The notes below the pieces were generated by a model, which had not been told where the DNA came from, ran no database searches, and was given only the letters and a program-made list of their open reading frames with translations. Shown piece by piece: positions 1 through 15,967 of a stretch of 64,000 bases of DNA (position 1 is the first letter of the stretch; each line of letters begins with the position of its first letter). Origin of the DNA: the human T2T-CHM13v2.0 reference genome, Homo sapiens. The stretch lies in assembly GCF_009914755.1 (NCBI RefSeq), contig NC_060947.1; one strand, given 5' to 3'. A program made the translations under genes and the position numbers.

Positions 1-460
1 AACTGATTTTGCCCACACCCACTGACTGAGCTACAAAGGATAGAAGATTTGTTCTAAAGTTGAAAACATAATTTTTTTTGGTGGGTTTTGGTGGGGGGGG
101 GTAGTTGTTGTTTTCTGACCTTTTCCCCATTTAGCTTAAATTAGTTCTTTTAGACAGCATCATGCAAAAGTGATGCAACTGTCTTACTGATATAGATGCC
201 ACCTCTGTTCATTTATGAAACACAACTTATTTAGCCTCCCCAAACCTACAATACTCCAGAAGGATTCAATTTAGGTAACTGAAACACAGAAAGACAAATA
301 AAGTTCCCAAAGTCACCACTGGCTTTTTTATTCACACCAAGCAACACTTCATATCAGTTATTCACTTACAGTTTATGCACAGTGTAATATTATTACTAAT
401 TCCGAACTTTCATTGGAAAGATAAAGTGAAAACAAATGCTGTCATAAAAATAGAACACTA

Positions 461-775
<315 letters not shown>

Positions 776-2153
776 CTAAGTAAGTAACGAAAAAACCACC
801 AGCCCTCCATTCAAGTTTAATTAGTGGTAGGGATTTTTCCTCTGGTGGGGGGGTGGGGGTGGGAATGTGTCTATTTTTTAAGTAAACTCCTTATGCTTTT
901 GGTGGCACCGTGGAAGCAGAATGAATAAAGCCAGCAGTTTTTTTCTACTTTTTAAGCAGATTATTGCTCACACTAGGAAAGCAAGGGAGTGAATTTTATC
1001 AAAGCCTGGGGGCTATCCACACTGTTATTTTGCTCTTTCCTGTGGTGTAGGAGGTTCTATTCTCATGCTGGGGAGACGAAAATACGTCAAAGGAACACAA
1101 GGGGTGTTCTGGAAGATCGCTTTGCCACTTATCTACCATGTGTATGCCACTATCTTCTGGAGGTGGATTAATTCAATATTTTGTAAATTAGATTTTGAGA
1201 AAAATTGGGCAAGAGTGCAAACCTTTCCCTCCACCCTGCCACACACCCTGACTCCCTGGTTTAAATGGTCTCTCACTGGAGTGACAAATTGATGAGTTTA
1301 CAATCAGCCCTTCCCAACACTCAGTTTTAGCTCTAAACTCAAAGAGGTTCATTTTAACATTACAATTATGCATTTACTCAGGAGTAGTGGTAACCAAATA
1401 ATACTACTCTATTCTCAGGAACTACCAACTCATTGAGAGCCCTGTAATCATACCACAATTATTCTTGTGGCAAATTATAATTAAGTACCTCTTCACAATC
1501 AAAGACTCAAATTACAGGATAAAAAATAAAACCCTAAATAAATTGAGTACTGTGACCAGTAAATGGGGTCAGAAGCATCCCAACAAACCATGTCTGGTGT
1601 ACTTCTCTTAGCCGAATAAATCGCAGGCAACATTTTATCTTTAGTTTTGTTGCAGGCTCTTGGTGGATACATTCCCTGCTTAGACCCACCATCTGTTTCA
1701 TTCTTGTCCCCTGCTCTTACTTCCTATAAGACAGGTCCTTCTGGAAGCTGCCTCTACTCTTTTTCTGTTTTAGAACAAATCCAGTTTGTACAAGAGGAAG
1801 TCTTCCTCTCTCTCAAGTATCTGTGTTTGGGCAGGGTTTAGTGCTGCTCTGACTATGAGGAAGTAAGCAAGTCTCTCACTAGCCATCGCCCCTCTGAGCA
1901 AAAGGTGAAATGGCCTCCACCTCTAGATCATTGAGCTAGAGGTCTACCAGAATTGCCATGATTTGGTACCACCTTCTTTGACTGCTTTTCTCCTGTTTCT
2001 TATGATCCAGTCCAGACTCACACAGCCTGAAAATGTGGTAGCTCTTCCTTAGGTGCCACTGGTCCATCACTCAATAATGTGAAAGGAAAGGGATCCATTT
2101 TTGAGTCCTCCAGAAGGTTGGTGTGTAACACACAGCTCTGAGTTAAAAAGTAG

Positions 2154-2532
<379 letters not shown>

Positions 2533-2642
2533 TAGCCTACAGAGTCGGTTTGACCACAAAATATGCACAATGATGGCTAACCCTGAGCTCCACTCAGGGT
2601 GAAGGGTGGAAATGGAAGTGACTTGAATGTCTCAAACATACA

Positions 2643-2645
<3 letters not shown>

Positions 2646-2680
<35 letters not shown>
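2646..2680. repeat. (CA)n microsatellite
   Basis: About 17 CA units. Confidence 0.95.
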
Positions 2681-3006
2681 ACTGTTGTTTATAGAAAGAA
2701 AGAAATGGGGGAGGAGAAAAAATAGACACAGAGCTCTTCATTTAAAATATGGAGTTCCAGTGTTACAATGTCCCCTTTATTAAATTATAAATGCAAAGAT
2801 TTTTACAGGGCCACCTTTTGCAGCCTCCCAGCTCCCTATGGAGCAACAGAATTCAGAAAGACGAAGCTTATTAACAAGAGTGCAGCCATCATACAAACTG
2901 CAGTATGCCAAGGAATTAATAGAAATAGCACTTGCAGAATCAGTAAACTAAACCATCTTGGGCTCTTATCTTCGCTCATAAGATAAAATACTATTAAGAA
3001 TAATAA

Positions 3007-3336
<330 letters not shown>

Positions 3337-4230
3337 CTACACAGCCAGCCTATGATTGGGAAGAGTCTATGAGATACGATTTAAAATAAAATAACCAGTC
3401 AACTGTACTTCAAATGACTACTTAGCCAAAATATCCAAGAAGTAGTGTTTTCTCTTGATTTCTCCTTGAAAGCACTACTCAATTGGCTAGGAAGATTCTG
3501 GCCATTCCCTGTCTTTCCTTAGGGGGATGGAATGGAACTTCTGTTCCTTTCAGTGACTTCTACCTGACAGGCATTTTACAGGCATTATTTCATTTATTCC
3601 TCACAACAAACAGATGAGGAAACTGACACAGAGGTTATGTGACTTGTCCAACCTCATCCATCTGTAGCTCTTGGTATATCATCTATAGCCCTTGCTTTTT
3701 TTGTGGTGTTTCACTGCCTACCGGAGGGATTTTTGTTCGTTTATTTGTTTTTTGGTCTTTGATGAGGTTGATGCCATCTGCCTTGGGGCCCCTGTCATTC
3801 TCCATGGCTATCATCAAAGAGCAGTTGTGACAAACTCCTCTCCATTTTCTAGGAATGTTCAGCAAGAGAGGAAATGGTGGTAAATACAGGAGATAAGAGA
3901 GTATTCAAGATCCTAAGCTCTTTCCTCTGCAATATTCCTCCAGGCTGGTAAGGATGATCTGTCTCTGGTAACTGTCAACTATACTTTTTTTGCACTTGAG
4001 GACTCTTCTTAGTCTTGCCAGGTTTTCTTACATTTTCCCTCTTTAAATCATTCCCAAGGAGATTCTGTCTAACTAGTGAATTTCTAGAGTCACTTGTTGT
4101 TTCCTTTCCTGGATGTTTCATTGTTGATGGAATGAAAGCACAGTGTTTAGGTGGAACATCCACCCTTCTCTGTCCCTAGGGTTCTTATTGCTTACTGTGA
4201 ATATAAAACTTTGATCAAATATACCTTCTA

Positions 4231-4520
4231 TTTTTTTGAGACAGGGTCTCACTCTGTCACCCAGGATGGAGTGCAGTAGCAAGATCACCACTCACTGCAG
4301 CCTCCACCTCCTGGGCTCAAGCGATCCTCCTGCCTCAGCCTCTCAAGTAGCTGGGACTACAGGTGTGCACTACCACACCCAGCTAATTTTTAATTTTTTT
4401 GTAGAGACACGGGTCTCACTTTGTTGCCTAGGCTAGTCTCAAACTCCTGGATGCAAGTGATCTTCTTGTCTCAGCCTTCCAAAGTGTGGGGATTACAGGC
4501 ATGAGCTGCTGCACCTGGCC
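4231..4520 (-). mobile_element. Alu (J-type)
   Basis: Diverged Alu consensus. Confidence 0.88.
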
Positions 4521-4641
4521 TCAAATATACTTTGTTTTATATTATGAAATATTTCAAATAGAAAGTACAGGGACTATAACATTACAATCTTGGACTCACC
4601 GCTTAGCTCTACAAAATCCTAAAATTGTGCCATATTGCCTC

Positions 4642-6255
<1,614 letters not shown>

Positions 6256-6424
6256 TTATTTTATGATAAGCTTCATAGTCAAGGCTACAGGGGACCAAAT
6301 TTGTGATGAAGGCATCAAGCCAAACTCAATTTTCGAAAGCTGCATGCTGACCAGGGAAACTCTCCTGCTGTAGTCATTTACAGGAGGCCTTAGGGCTCTC
6401 TGGTTCTTCCACAGCAGTTCATGT

Positions 6425-6653
6425 TTTATTTATTTATTTATTTATTTATTTATTTTTGAGACAGAGTCTCGCTCTGTCATCCAGGCTTCGGTACAGTAGC
6501 GCAATCTTGGCTCACTGCAATCGCTACCTCCCAGTTTCAAGCAATTCTCTTGCCTCAGCCTCCTGAGTAGCTTGGACTACAGCCGCACACCATGACACCT
6601 GCCTCGGCCTCCCAAAATGCTGGGATTACAGGCTTGAGCCACCGCGCCTGGCC
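6425..6653 (-). mobile_element. Alu with internal deletion
   Basis: Right arm fused to the start of the left arm; (TTTA)n tail. Confidence 0.85.
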
Positions 6654-6996
6654 TTATGTTTTTAGCATTTTACATTTTTCTTCTGTGGTTTTGGAAACTT
6701 CTAGGTCTCTGTGATTCATCATCTCTTTTTGTCTTGCATTAGCGACAATATATTCTGGCCAACTGATGATGGAAGGAGAGCCAGAGAGCCAATCTGCAAG
6801 TTTATAGTCAGTGCCAGATCAGATCAGTGGTAATACTTTCAATATTCTCCCTCTGCTCTGAGGGTGACTGCTGGGGTGTCTGTCTTTCACTCTGGACTTG
6901 TGTGCCCTTTTGGCCTTCTTTTTCAACCTAGTTTTTGTTTTCCTTGGCTTAAACATTTTATTTATTTTTTCCATCGATATCAAAATAACACACGCA

Positions 6997-7140
6997 GCTG
7001 GGTGCAGTGGGGTGCACCTGTAGTCCCAGCTACTCAGGAGGCTGATATTGGAGGATTGCTTGAGCCCAAGAGTTCAAGGTCAGCCTGAGAAACATAGGGA
7101 GACCCCCATCTCAAAATAAAACAAAATATAGTAAAATAAA
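6997..7140 (+). mobile_element. Alu monomer (FLAM/AluJ-like)
   Basis: Single Alu arm. Confidence 0.75.
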
Positions 7141-8428
7141 ACATGCTTATTGTAGAAAATATGTCAAGTACAGGGATATAAAAAAGAAAAAATCATTCAT
7201 AAACTCATCCAGAGGCATTAATATATCGGCATATTCCTTCCATTTTTTTCTGTGTGTGTTTCTTATAATATTTGAGATCATATTGCACATTCAGTTAATT
7301 TACCTATTTTTCGTAACATCTATGTATGTATGTATGCATGTATGTATGTATCTATCCATCCATCCATCCGTTCAAGGTACCTTTTTCCAAAAAAAGATCT
7401 AATGTTCTTATTTAACATTATTCCTAATTATTTTCCCATGTTATTAGGATCTCTATACAAGCATCATTTCCAGAGTCAAAAAAGTATGTGCATTTTGCAT
7501 TTTGATACATACTGCCAAAATAGTTTCCAGAAACATTGTCCCAATTTCAGTTCCAAATAGTTTTAGAGAGCCCCCTTTCTCATTATCCTTATCTCTTTTC
7601 TGGTCCATTTCTAATCATTTTTAAAACTCTGGTTTTACTGCAGACAAATCTTTTTTTTTTTTCATTGAGTCAATGATCTTAAACTCCAGTATATTCCAAC
7701 TTCCAGCTTGTCTAAAACTTAACTTCTCTTGACTCTAGAATTTCCTTCTTCTAGGGTGAGCTAACAGACTACAGTTTGTTTTCAGTTCAGGGAGGTAGGG
7801 CAGTGAGAGGAGCTTCTCCTTGAGATTCAAATAACCAATATAATCCTAAAGACATCTTGTGAGAACTTTCTAAGAGCGGAGAGAAGAGCCTGGTATTAAA
7901 GCTTCTGGGTTTCCAATGCTCTCAGATTGCCCTCAGCCACTGCACATGAATCTCCATAGAAACTGAAAGTCACACGTGGCCCAATTGTTTCAGGGTCCTC
8001 AGAGGAGTTCTCCCTCCTCCTTCCCCTCCCCAGATGGCTTCATGCATAACCAAGTAGCTTTGGAGTCAAATATGTCAAGGCCTCTTTTCTAGCTTCTTGC
8101 TGAGCACTGTGTCACTGAAAATTCTAGTTCTTCCTTATTTTCAGTAGTTAGCAATCAGATCTCAGCAATCAGATCATTGTGGGTGTAGAAGGGGGTATCT
8201 GATAACTCTTTGGAGAACGCCCAAACTTTGGTTTTCGAAAGCTGTATCTTCCCTTTATACCTAAGTCACTTCCTGATATGGGTCTAGTCCACTGAAAGGA
8301 AACTCTATAGGAAATTTGCTCAAATGGAAATAGCAAATCATAGTGATAATTTAAAATTGCACCAATCCCCCATAACTGGATGGAAAGTTACATTAGTTCG
8401 CACCATAAGGAGTTTACAAAGAATTCCA

Positions 8429-8735
8429 GGGTGGGTGCGGTGGCTCACGCCTGTAATCCTAGCACTTTGGGAGGCCCAAGCAGGCAGATCACCTGAGGTT
8501 GGGAGTTCGAGACCAGCCTGACCAACATGGAGAAACCCCGTCTCTACTAGAAATACAAAATTAGCTGGGCGTGGTGGCACATGCCTGTAATCCCAGCTAC
8601 TTGGGAGGCTGAGGCAGGAGAATTGTTTGAACCCGGGAGGCGGAGGTTGCGGTGAGCTGAGATCCCGAGATCGTGCCATTGCACTCCAGCCTGGGCAGCA
8701 AGAGTGAAACTCCGTGTCAAAAAAAAAAAAAAAAA
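8429..8735 (+). mobile_element. Alu (Sp-like)
   Basis: Alu consensus. Confidence 0.9.
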
Positions 8736-10173
8736 TTCCAAACAAAAATATCAATAGCCATACGCAATGGAAATTTGGACTTCAACACAAGCAAGCAGTT
8801 TAAATAGTTTGAATATAAAAGGAGTCAGAATAGACAGGACAAGCCCTAAGGGACACTGTTTGGGTATAATGCTTTAGGTTGCCATGAGTATTTGCATTTT
8901 GTGGCTTATTTGGAAAGTGACATTATTTTATCAAATAACTGAGGCTCCAGAGAGGCTGGAGTCTGGGCAACTTATCCAAGGATGTCTTGATTGGGGTCAC
9001 CAATCACTTTTATTCTAAATGTCATATTATTTGCTCTAGGTAGGCCCTCTGGGGGACATTGGCAGGTCTGAGGCAGAGTAAAAATTATAGCAAATACTGA
9101 GATCCAGCACTTACTATTGCCAGGCCCTGTTTTAAAAGCTTTACATGTATTTGCACATTTACTGCTCACAACCACCTTATGGGGAAGGTGCTAGGCAGGC
9201 AGGGAGGAGGAAATGGAAAGGGAAAGGAAAAGGGAAAAGAGCGGGGGAAGAAAGGAGCAAGAAAAAGTCAATGCAATTCGGCAATTATTTGTTAAGTGCT
9301 AACTGTATGTCAGGGTCTGGTAATCAACAGAACAGAGGAGGGTATAATGAAGAGGGGATATAGGTAGAGAAAAGAGGATGAGTGGGAAGAGGAGGAGGTT
9401 GGAGAGGAGGAAAGGAAAGGAGAAATAATGAAGACAAGAGAAAAGCAAGCCATGCACATGGAGGGCAATGGTAAGAGGAGAAACCTTTGCCACAACCTCA
9501 AGGGTTGGCCGCACTGTCTGGGCTGAGGCAGAGGCTGCTTTCTCCTGGCCCAGTCTTTTACCCATTGTTACCACGAGGTTGGCACAGCTTCCACACAGTC
9601 CTTTAATAAGCCAGCTCTGACCCTGGCGACATTTGGCCTGGTACAGCTCAAGGCAGGTAGCCTACACCCTGGCCTAGCCAGGCCTTTCCCTAGCTCACAA
9701 AGGTCAACTTCATAACGTGGAGCGTGAGCTTTTACCATGTTCTCAGAGAATCTGCCTCTTAGTATTTCTTTTTCTAAAGGCTTCATTGACCCATGTATCC
9801 CTATTGAGTCTTCAAGCACTATTTGACAGAAGGGCTTGTTTTTATCTGACTGCTCCCTGCAATATTACTTTTCCACTAAGTTTGCCAGAGGTACCCCTTT
9901 CTAACATTTGCTACCTGTTCGGATGGTCACCTCATGTCACATTTTTCTCTTCCTGTTCCGCCCACCCTCAGCCCTTGTCGGAAAGGACCCTTTCGGCCTC
10001 TCTAATCACCAGAAGGGACTGCCAGGGCCTTGTGCTGATGACACTCCCACCCTCCGTCAGCCTCCTCCACTAGCTGATAAATGGCACCAGCCATGCTGTC
10101 TCTCTGGTTTTTAGGGGTCCCAAGCAAGGTACATTGCTGCTGCTGCCCAGCCCCTGCCATACCCCAGACCCAC

Positions 10174-10336
10174 CTCAGTCCTGACTTAATGCAGGTAGCT
10201 TCCCAGATGCATTGAGATGCCAGGACTTGGAAGGTGGGACTCGATCGCAGCAGACACTGGCCCTGGAGACATATTCTTACAGTCCAGAGAGGAAGGACAG
10301 TCTGAGCAAACCCCACCCTTTCACAGCCACTCAGTT
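10174..10336 (-). other. BTK: BTK canonical non-coding exon 1 (5' UTR); intron 1 runs from 10173 to beyond the window start
   Basis: Minus strand reads AACTGAGTGGCTGTGAAAGGG...AAGTCAGGACTGAG|GTGGGT, which I recognise as the BTK mRNA leader; GT donor at 10173-10172. TSS approximate. Confidence 0.9.
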
Positions 10337-10450
10337 CCCTTTTTTTGCTTCCTGACCTAAACCAATGTCTTTTTTTCTTCTCAGCAGCATGCTATCTGGT
10401 TCCCTGCTGCCGTCCCTATTCCACCCCCTCAACTGTCCCCGCCCTTCATT
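10330..10450 (-). promoter_or_regulatory. BTK: BTK haematopoietic TATA-less promoter (PU.1/ETS and Sp1 sites)
   Basis: Minus strand AAAAGGGAACTGA and CAGGAAGC at 10331-10354; GC box GGGCGGGGAC at 10435-10444. Confidence 0.75.
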
Positions 10451-11459
10451 TGCTTGGGACCTCTGACACTACTATCTTGAGTCTATCTTTGAAAGAACCT
10501 TTCTCAACATGACTGGGGCCACTGAGACTCTAGATGGGGCTGGCCTGAGCAGACAGGTCATCAAGCTATCCTCCCAGAGGTAAAGGGACAACATACCTAA
10601 AGTACTATGAAGACAGTCAGCACAGGGAGAGGGGCTTACAGGAAAGAGGAGAGATGCTGGGGGCTGGCAGACACAGAGCAAAGAGACTGGCCAGGAAGAG
10701 CGTTTTTCGAGTCTCCTGTCCTCCGGGGCAGAGGAGTCTCAGGGACACACAGTTGAACTTGATAGTGAAGGGACCCCAAAGGACAAAACAAGACAGAGGT
10801 AGAGACAAGACTTCCCCGTGCTGAGTCATTTTCTAAGAAAGCATTTTTCCCCTACAGATAAAAATGTCGGAATATAAGCCCACAGAAATACTTGTGCCCT
10901 TCCCCATTTTCTGTGGATGTTGACTTTCTCCATTTAAGATTTGGCCTCAGGGATTAACTCTCAATGTCCACCTTTCTCTTGAGTCCTGTAAACCGGTAAA
11001 GCAGACTAGGTATGTCACTTGAAGCCTGGAGGTTTTCTCAGGGGCCCCCTACATTATGCTCCAACTGCAATGATTCCCCCAGGGATTCTCCTAGGAAATG
11101 CAGCCAGTATTGAATGCAGACCATGATGGTGGAGCCCCTGCTGACTGATCTGCCTGCCCACCTTGACACCTCGGGCACTGCCATATTTCCTTGCCCCAAG
11201 GCACTGTATCCTAATGTAGAAACAGATCACAGGTCCCACTACAATTTCATCCGAAGTTTTAAGTCAACAGGACCTTATTTTTTTTTCTTTATTTTGTCTA
11301 AAAAACAAACAAACAAGCAAACAAAAAAAATGGGGTATATGTGCAGAAGGTGCAAGTTTGTTACATAGGTATATGTGTGACATGGTGATTTGCTGCACCT
11401 ATTGACCCATCCTCTAAGATCCCTCCCCTCACCCCCAAGCCCCAACAGGCCCTGGGACC

Positions 11460-11763
11460 TTTTTTTTTTTTTTTTTTTTTTGAGACAGGGTCTTGCTCTG
11501 AAGCCCAGGTTGGAGTGCAGTGGCGTGATCATGGCTCACTGCAGCCTCCACCTCCTGGGCTCAAGTGATCCTCTCACCTCAGTCACCCTAGTACCTGGGA
11601 CTATAGGCACACATCACTGTGCTGGGCTAATTTTTCTACTTTTTGTAGAGATGGGGTTTCACTATGTTGCCCAGGCTGGTCTCAAACTCCTGGGCTCAAG
11701 CGATACTCCTGCCTTGGCCTCCCAAAATGCAGGGATTACAGGAGTGAGCCACCTCTCCCAGCC
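11460..11763 (-). mobile_element. Alu (J-type), preceded by a short L1 3' fragment (~11335-11455)
   Basis: Alu consensus; GTTTGTTACATAGGTATATGTGTG is L1PA 3' UTR-like. Confidence 0.85.
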
Positions 11764-11906
11764 ATCAACAGGACTTTAAATAAAAACATTTAAAGTATTT
11801 GTAGACTGATGATAGAGTGGTTGATACTCACATTTGCACAAGACAGATGGACAGCATGTGTTGTATGATTGCCTTACTTTATTGACAACGTCTATCCTTT
11901 CGCTAG

Positions 11907-12276
<370 letters not shown>

Positions 12277-12519
12277 CTCTTTTCTTCAGTCTTATGCCAC
12301 TTGTTGTCACATGCCCTGTCCTTTCTCAAGATCCATCTTGGGGTGGGGACTGGGAGGTGATAGGCATCCAATGGGAGAGCTAAACAAGAGAGAGAGAGGA
12401 GCACAAGGGAAAAGAGCAAGTAGACGTAGGCTTTTCTTCACCCTCTGCCCACGACCACTCCCCTAGCACACTCATCCATACTGACAGAAAGACTGTACTC
12501 AGATAGTGCAAATAAACAG

Positions 12520-13050
12520 CTGAGTGTCACCTGAAGAGATTCCCAATGCAATATAAGGTTCTATTCTTGGTGCTATCCTGTTCAGCATTTTTATTGATCA
12601 TCTTTGAGGAAAATATAAAAAGTAGCCCGGTTAGTCTATGAATGGTGCAAGGCTTTGTGTGCTAGACTGGATGACAGAAGAGGGCAATTAGTTCCCAAAA
12701 AGATCTTGATCACCTGGTGTGAGAAGCCAAATTCCACAAAGTGTATTTTACCAGGGCTAAAGGTGATGTCTCATAATTGGGCCCCAAATTTGAACTTCAA
12801 ATGACTCCAGGAGAAAGTGGAGTAGCAGTAGCATTTGTGAAAATGGTTCAGGGGTTTTTGCTGATAGTAATCAAAAGGCATGTCATCAGTTAACATGGCT
12901 TCCAGAAAAGCCAAGGTGACATTGAGGCTTCCTTATGGAAGTAAAATATCTAGACAGAGGAAGGTAACATGCCACTTACTCTGCAAAGCCAGACCACACC
13001 TAGAGTCCTGCATTCAGTTCTGAGTGCCTCGTCTTAGGGGAAATTAATGA
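12520..13050 (+). mobile_element. Ancient CR1/L3-like LINE fragment
   Basis: Degenerate CR1 RT-like motifs (CCTGTTCAGCATTTTTATTGAT; CAGACCACACCTAGAGTCCTGCATTCAGTTCTG). Confidence 0.55.
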
Positions 13051-13104
13051 GCAGGAGCATGTCCAAAACAGAGAACAGCTCAAGCGATCCTCCCACCTCG
13101 GTGT

Positions 13105-13385
13105 CAGCATTGGTGTACAAACTTTCACTTATAGGATGTATAAGCTCTGGGGATCTAATGTGCAATATAGTGACCATAGTTAATAATACTGTATTATTGA
13201 AATTTGATAAGAGAGCAGATTTTAAGTGTCCTCACCACCCCCATGGTAACTATGGATGGTGATGGATGATAGATGTGTTAATCAATTTGACTGTGGTAAT
13301 CATTACACAGTGTATACACATATCAAATCATCATGTTGTACACCTTGAATATAAACAATTTTTGTCAATTAAATATTTTTAAGTA
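13105..13385 (+). mobile_element. Old L1M 3' end fragment
   Basis: GATCTAATGTGCAATATAGTGACC...GTACACCTTGAATATA typical of L1MA/MB 3' ends. Confidence 0.7.
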
Positions 13386-13829
13386 AACAAAAACAAGCAA
13401 AACCCCCACAAAGCCACATAACACCAGATATGATAGAAAGAACTAAGGTTGATTAAATGAAGAGGGGCCATGTTCACGGTCTTCATATTTCCATGTTACT
13501 AACATAAACCCCTAAAGGCCAGTGAGATTGCTTAAGAATCTGGAAAGAAAAAGAAAATGCTGGAAGTTTGGCAAAGAAATTTTCAGGAAATGTAGCAGGT
13601 AGTGGTAATATATTTATTATCTCATTCCCAGAGACCACCCAACAAAAAAGGGGGTGATCAGAGTGTCAGCTCAGGTCCCACGCGTGTTCCTGGAGGGTTG
13701 TGCAAGCAAGATACCCCAGACTCTCACGGTTCTTCAGCCCCTATTCCACTGCCACCTCCTCCTGTGTCTCAGCCCAATTCTGTCTCCTCACCATCCTCTA
13801 CACTGCAGATGCCCCTGCTTCCTTTGTAT

Positions 13830-14320
13830 GATGTAGTGGTTAAGTGCAAGGCTATAGTGTTAGACTACCTAGGATCAAATTCCAGCTCCACAAAAAAATA
13901 ACAACCTGTGTGACTTCAGGTAAGTAAACTTAACATCTCTTGTGCCTCAGTTTCCTCACCTGTTAAATACTAATACTGGTATATACCTCCTGGGGTTGCT
14001 GTCAGGATTAAAAGGGGTAGTATGTAAGGTGGTTAGGAGAATGCCTGGCATATAGTAAGTGCGCCATAATTTTTTTAGCTATTATAATTACCAGGCCACA
14101 ACAGCAATATTTTATAATGTTAAAGGAACGCGGGCTCTAGAGTCAGTCTACTTGGGTTTGTATCCTAGATTCACTAAATACCGTTGACATTGGGCAAATC
14201 GTTTAACATCCTACAGCCTCAATTTCTTAATCTGTAAAATGAGAATAATAGTACCACCTGTCTCCTAGAATTATTGTGAGAATTGTATGACACAATCTAT
14301 TTAAAATGTTTAGCACCCTG
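13830..14320 (+). mobile_element. Two adjacent MIR elements
   Basis: MIR cores GCCTCAGTTTCCTCACCTGT and GCCTCAATTTCTTAATCTGTAAAATG. Confidence 0.75.
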
Positions 14321-14589
14321 AAGTCTTTCTATGCTGGACTCTCTTGAGACCTAGTATATGCCTTCTGCCAGGTTTGCAAGGAAGGGAAGAGCCGCTAGGT
14401 ACTTTCTACTTCTAGGCTTGATGATTGCTATTACAGGAGCCAAACAATTTCATTGTCACTTTTCAGAACCTAGAGCTGCTGACTTACTCCCTCAACAGAA
14501 GGGTGCTGCTTTAATGCCAATCATTGTTCCTTTTCTTCAAAGTACTTAGTTCATAATTGCACATTTATAAGCCTATTAGATTACTGTAC

Positions 14590-14661
14590 CTCTCCCCCGG
14601 AACAGTGCCTGCCACATAATGGGCATCCAATAACCATTTGTTGAATGGACCAACTGGCCAT
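14590..14661 (-). CDS. BTK: BTK alternative first exon 1C coding part (BTK-C N-terminal extension MASWSIQQMVIGCPLCGRHCSGGE); exon extends upstream to ~14900
   Basis: ATG at 14661, 24 open codons, donor GAG|GTACAG at 14589; peptide recognised as the BTK-C extension. Confidence 0.85.
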
Positions 14662-14879
14662 GTGATAGATGAACTGGAACAATTGGCTCCCTCCAGGTCT
14701 TCATTGAATTAGCAGTTTGCTGCGAAAGGTGTTCCCAGTGACCTTGAGGTGGAACAGGAATGGAACGTGGAGGTGGAGGACCCCTTCATTCGACCCTAGT
14801 CCTGGCTTCCCTCGGGGACGGGGAGGCCAGAGGATCTGGGAAAAACACTGCTCCCTTCACTGAACGCCACTACGTAGCA

Positions 14880-15125
14880 GAGTCCACCAAAAGAGATAAA
14901 GTGACGAAACGTTGAAAGCTGCGGGGCGGGAGGAAGTCGGGGTGAGTGGACCACCCTTTAGGCGGAGTCCTTCCTTAAGCTCCCGCCCGCGGCTCCGAAC
15001 TGAGTCCTCTCAGCCGCCCGAGGGCGCTGCGCTGAGCCTTACACTCTATGATTGCTCCTACCGACTCCCATGAGGAAGTGCGATCGGGAACCTCCTATAT
15101 ACTTCCGTTTGCCTCGCGGTTTCTT
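14880..15125. promoter_or_regulatory. CpG-rich bidirectional promoter of RPL36A and BTK-C
   Basis: CpG-rich, GC boxes, ETS cores (GGAAGT near 14932 and 15075, ACTTCCG 15101), TATATA near 15096, then a pyrimidine TOP tract CTTTCTTTCC at 15123. Confidence 0.8.
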
Positions 15126-15155
15126 TCTTTCCGCGCCGATAGCGCTCACGCAAGC

Positions 15156-15158
15156 ATG
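15156..15158 (+). CDS. RPL36A: RPL36A exon 1 coding part (ATG only)
   Basis: CAAGCATG|GTAGGA after the 5' TOP tract. Confidence 0.93.
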
Positions 15159-15570
15159 GTAGGACTTGCTGGTGGGGGCCGAGTAACATCCAGCTTAATC
15201 TTTCCCCCCCTTCGTCGCCCGTGCTATGCCGGGATGGGTCCAGGCTCCTGTGTGGACTCGATATATCAGAGCAACCCAATCTTGCCGGGATCAACCCTAA
15301 AGGGACCGGGCTACGGGGCCAGGAATTGAAGTGATGGGTTCAAAGAGGTAGAGTTAGCCGGGGGTGGAGTTAATGAGGTCTCTTCCCTCTTTGGGGCTCG
15401 ACGGAGGGAGGAAGCTCTGCTTGAAGCACATGGGGCTGGCCCACCCTGTAGTCAGAGGTAGCAAGTAATGAGGAGTCCTCCTGGAGTGCCTCAGCTTTAG
15501 CTGGGTAAGGTAGGGCGTTGTGCCATTGTGGTCAAATAACATTGCACGTTCTGAACTGTTTCTTTACTAG

Positions 15571-15693
<123 letters not shown>

Positions 15694-15826
15694 TAATTTG
15701 GTGTTAATGTGACATTTGTGTTGTAGAATAACATACGAGTCCGGGTCTCTCTCCCTCCACGCCTGGCTTGAGCGTTAATATTTCTGCTGCGAAATTAAGA
15801 TAAAACCTGTAAGACTTACTTGCTGA

Positions 15827-15967
<141 letters not shown>

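Noticed and set aside
844-863. G-run cluster in BTK intron 1
   Set aside because: Simple G tract with no other supporting context.
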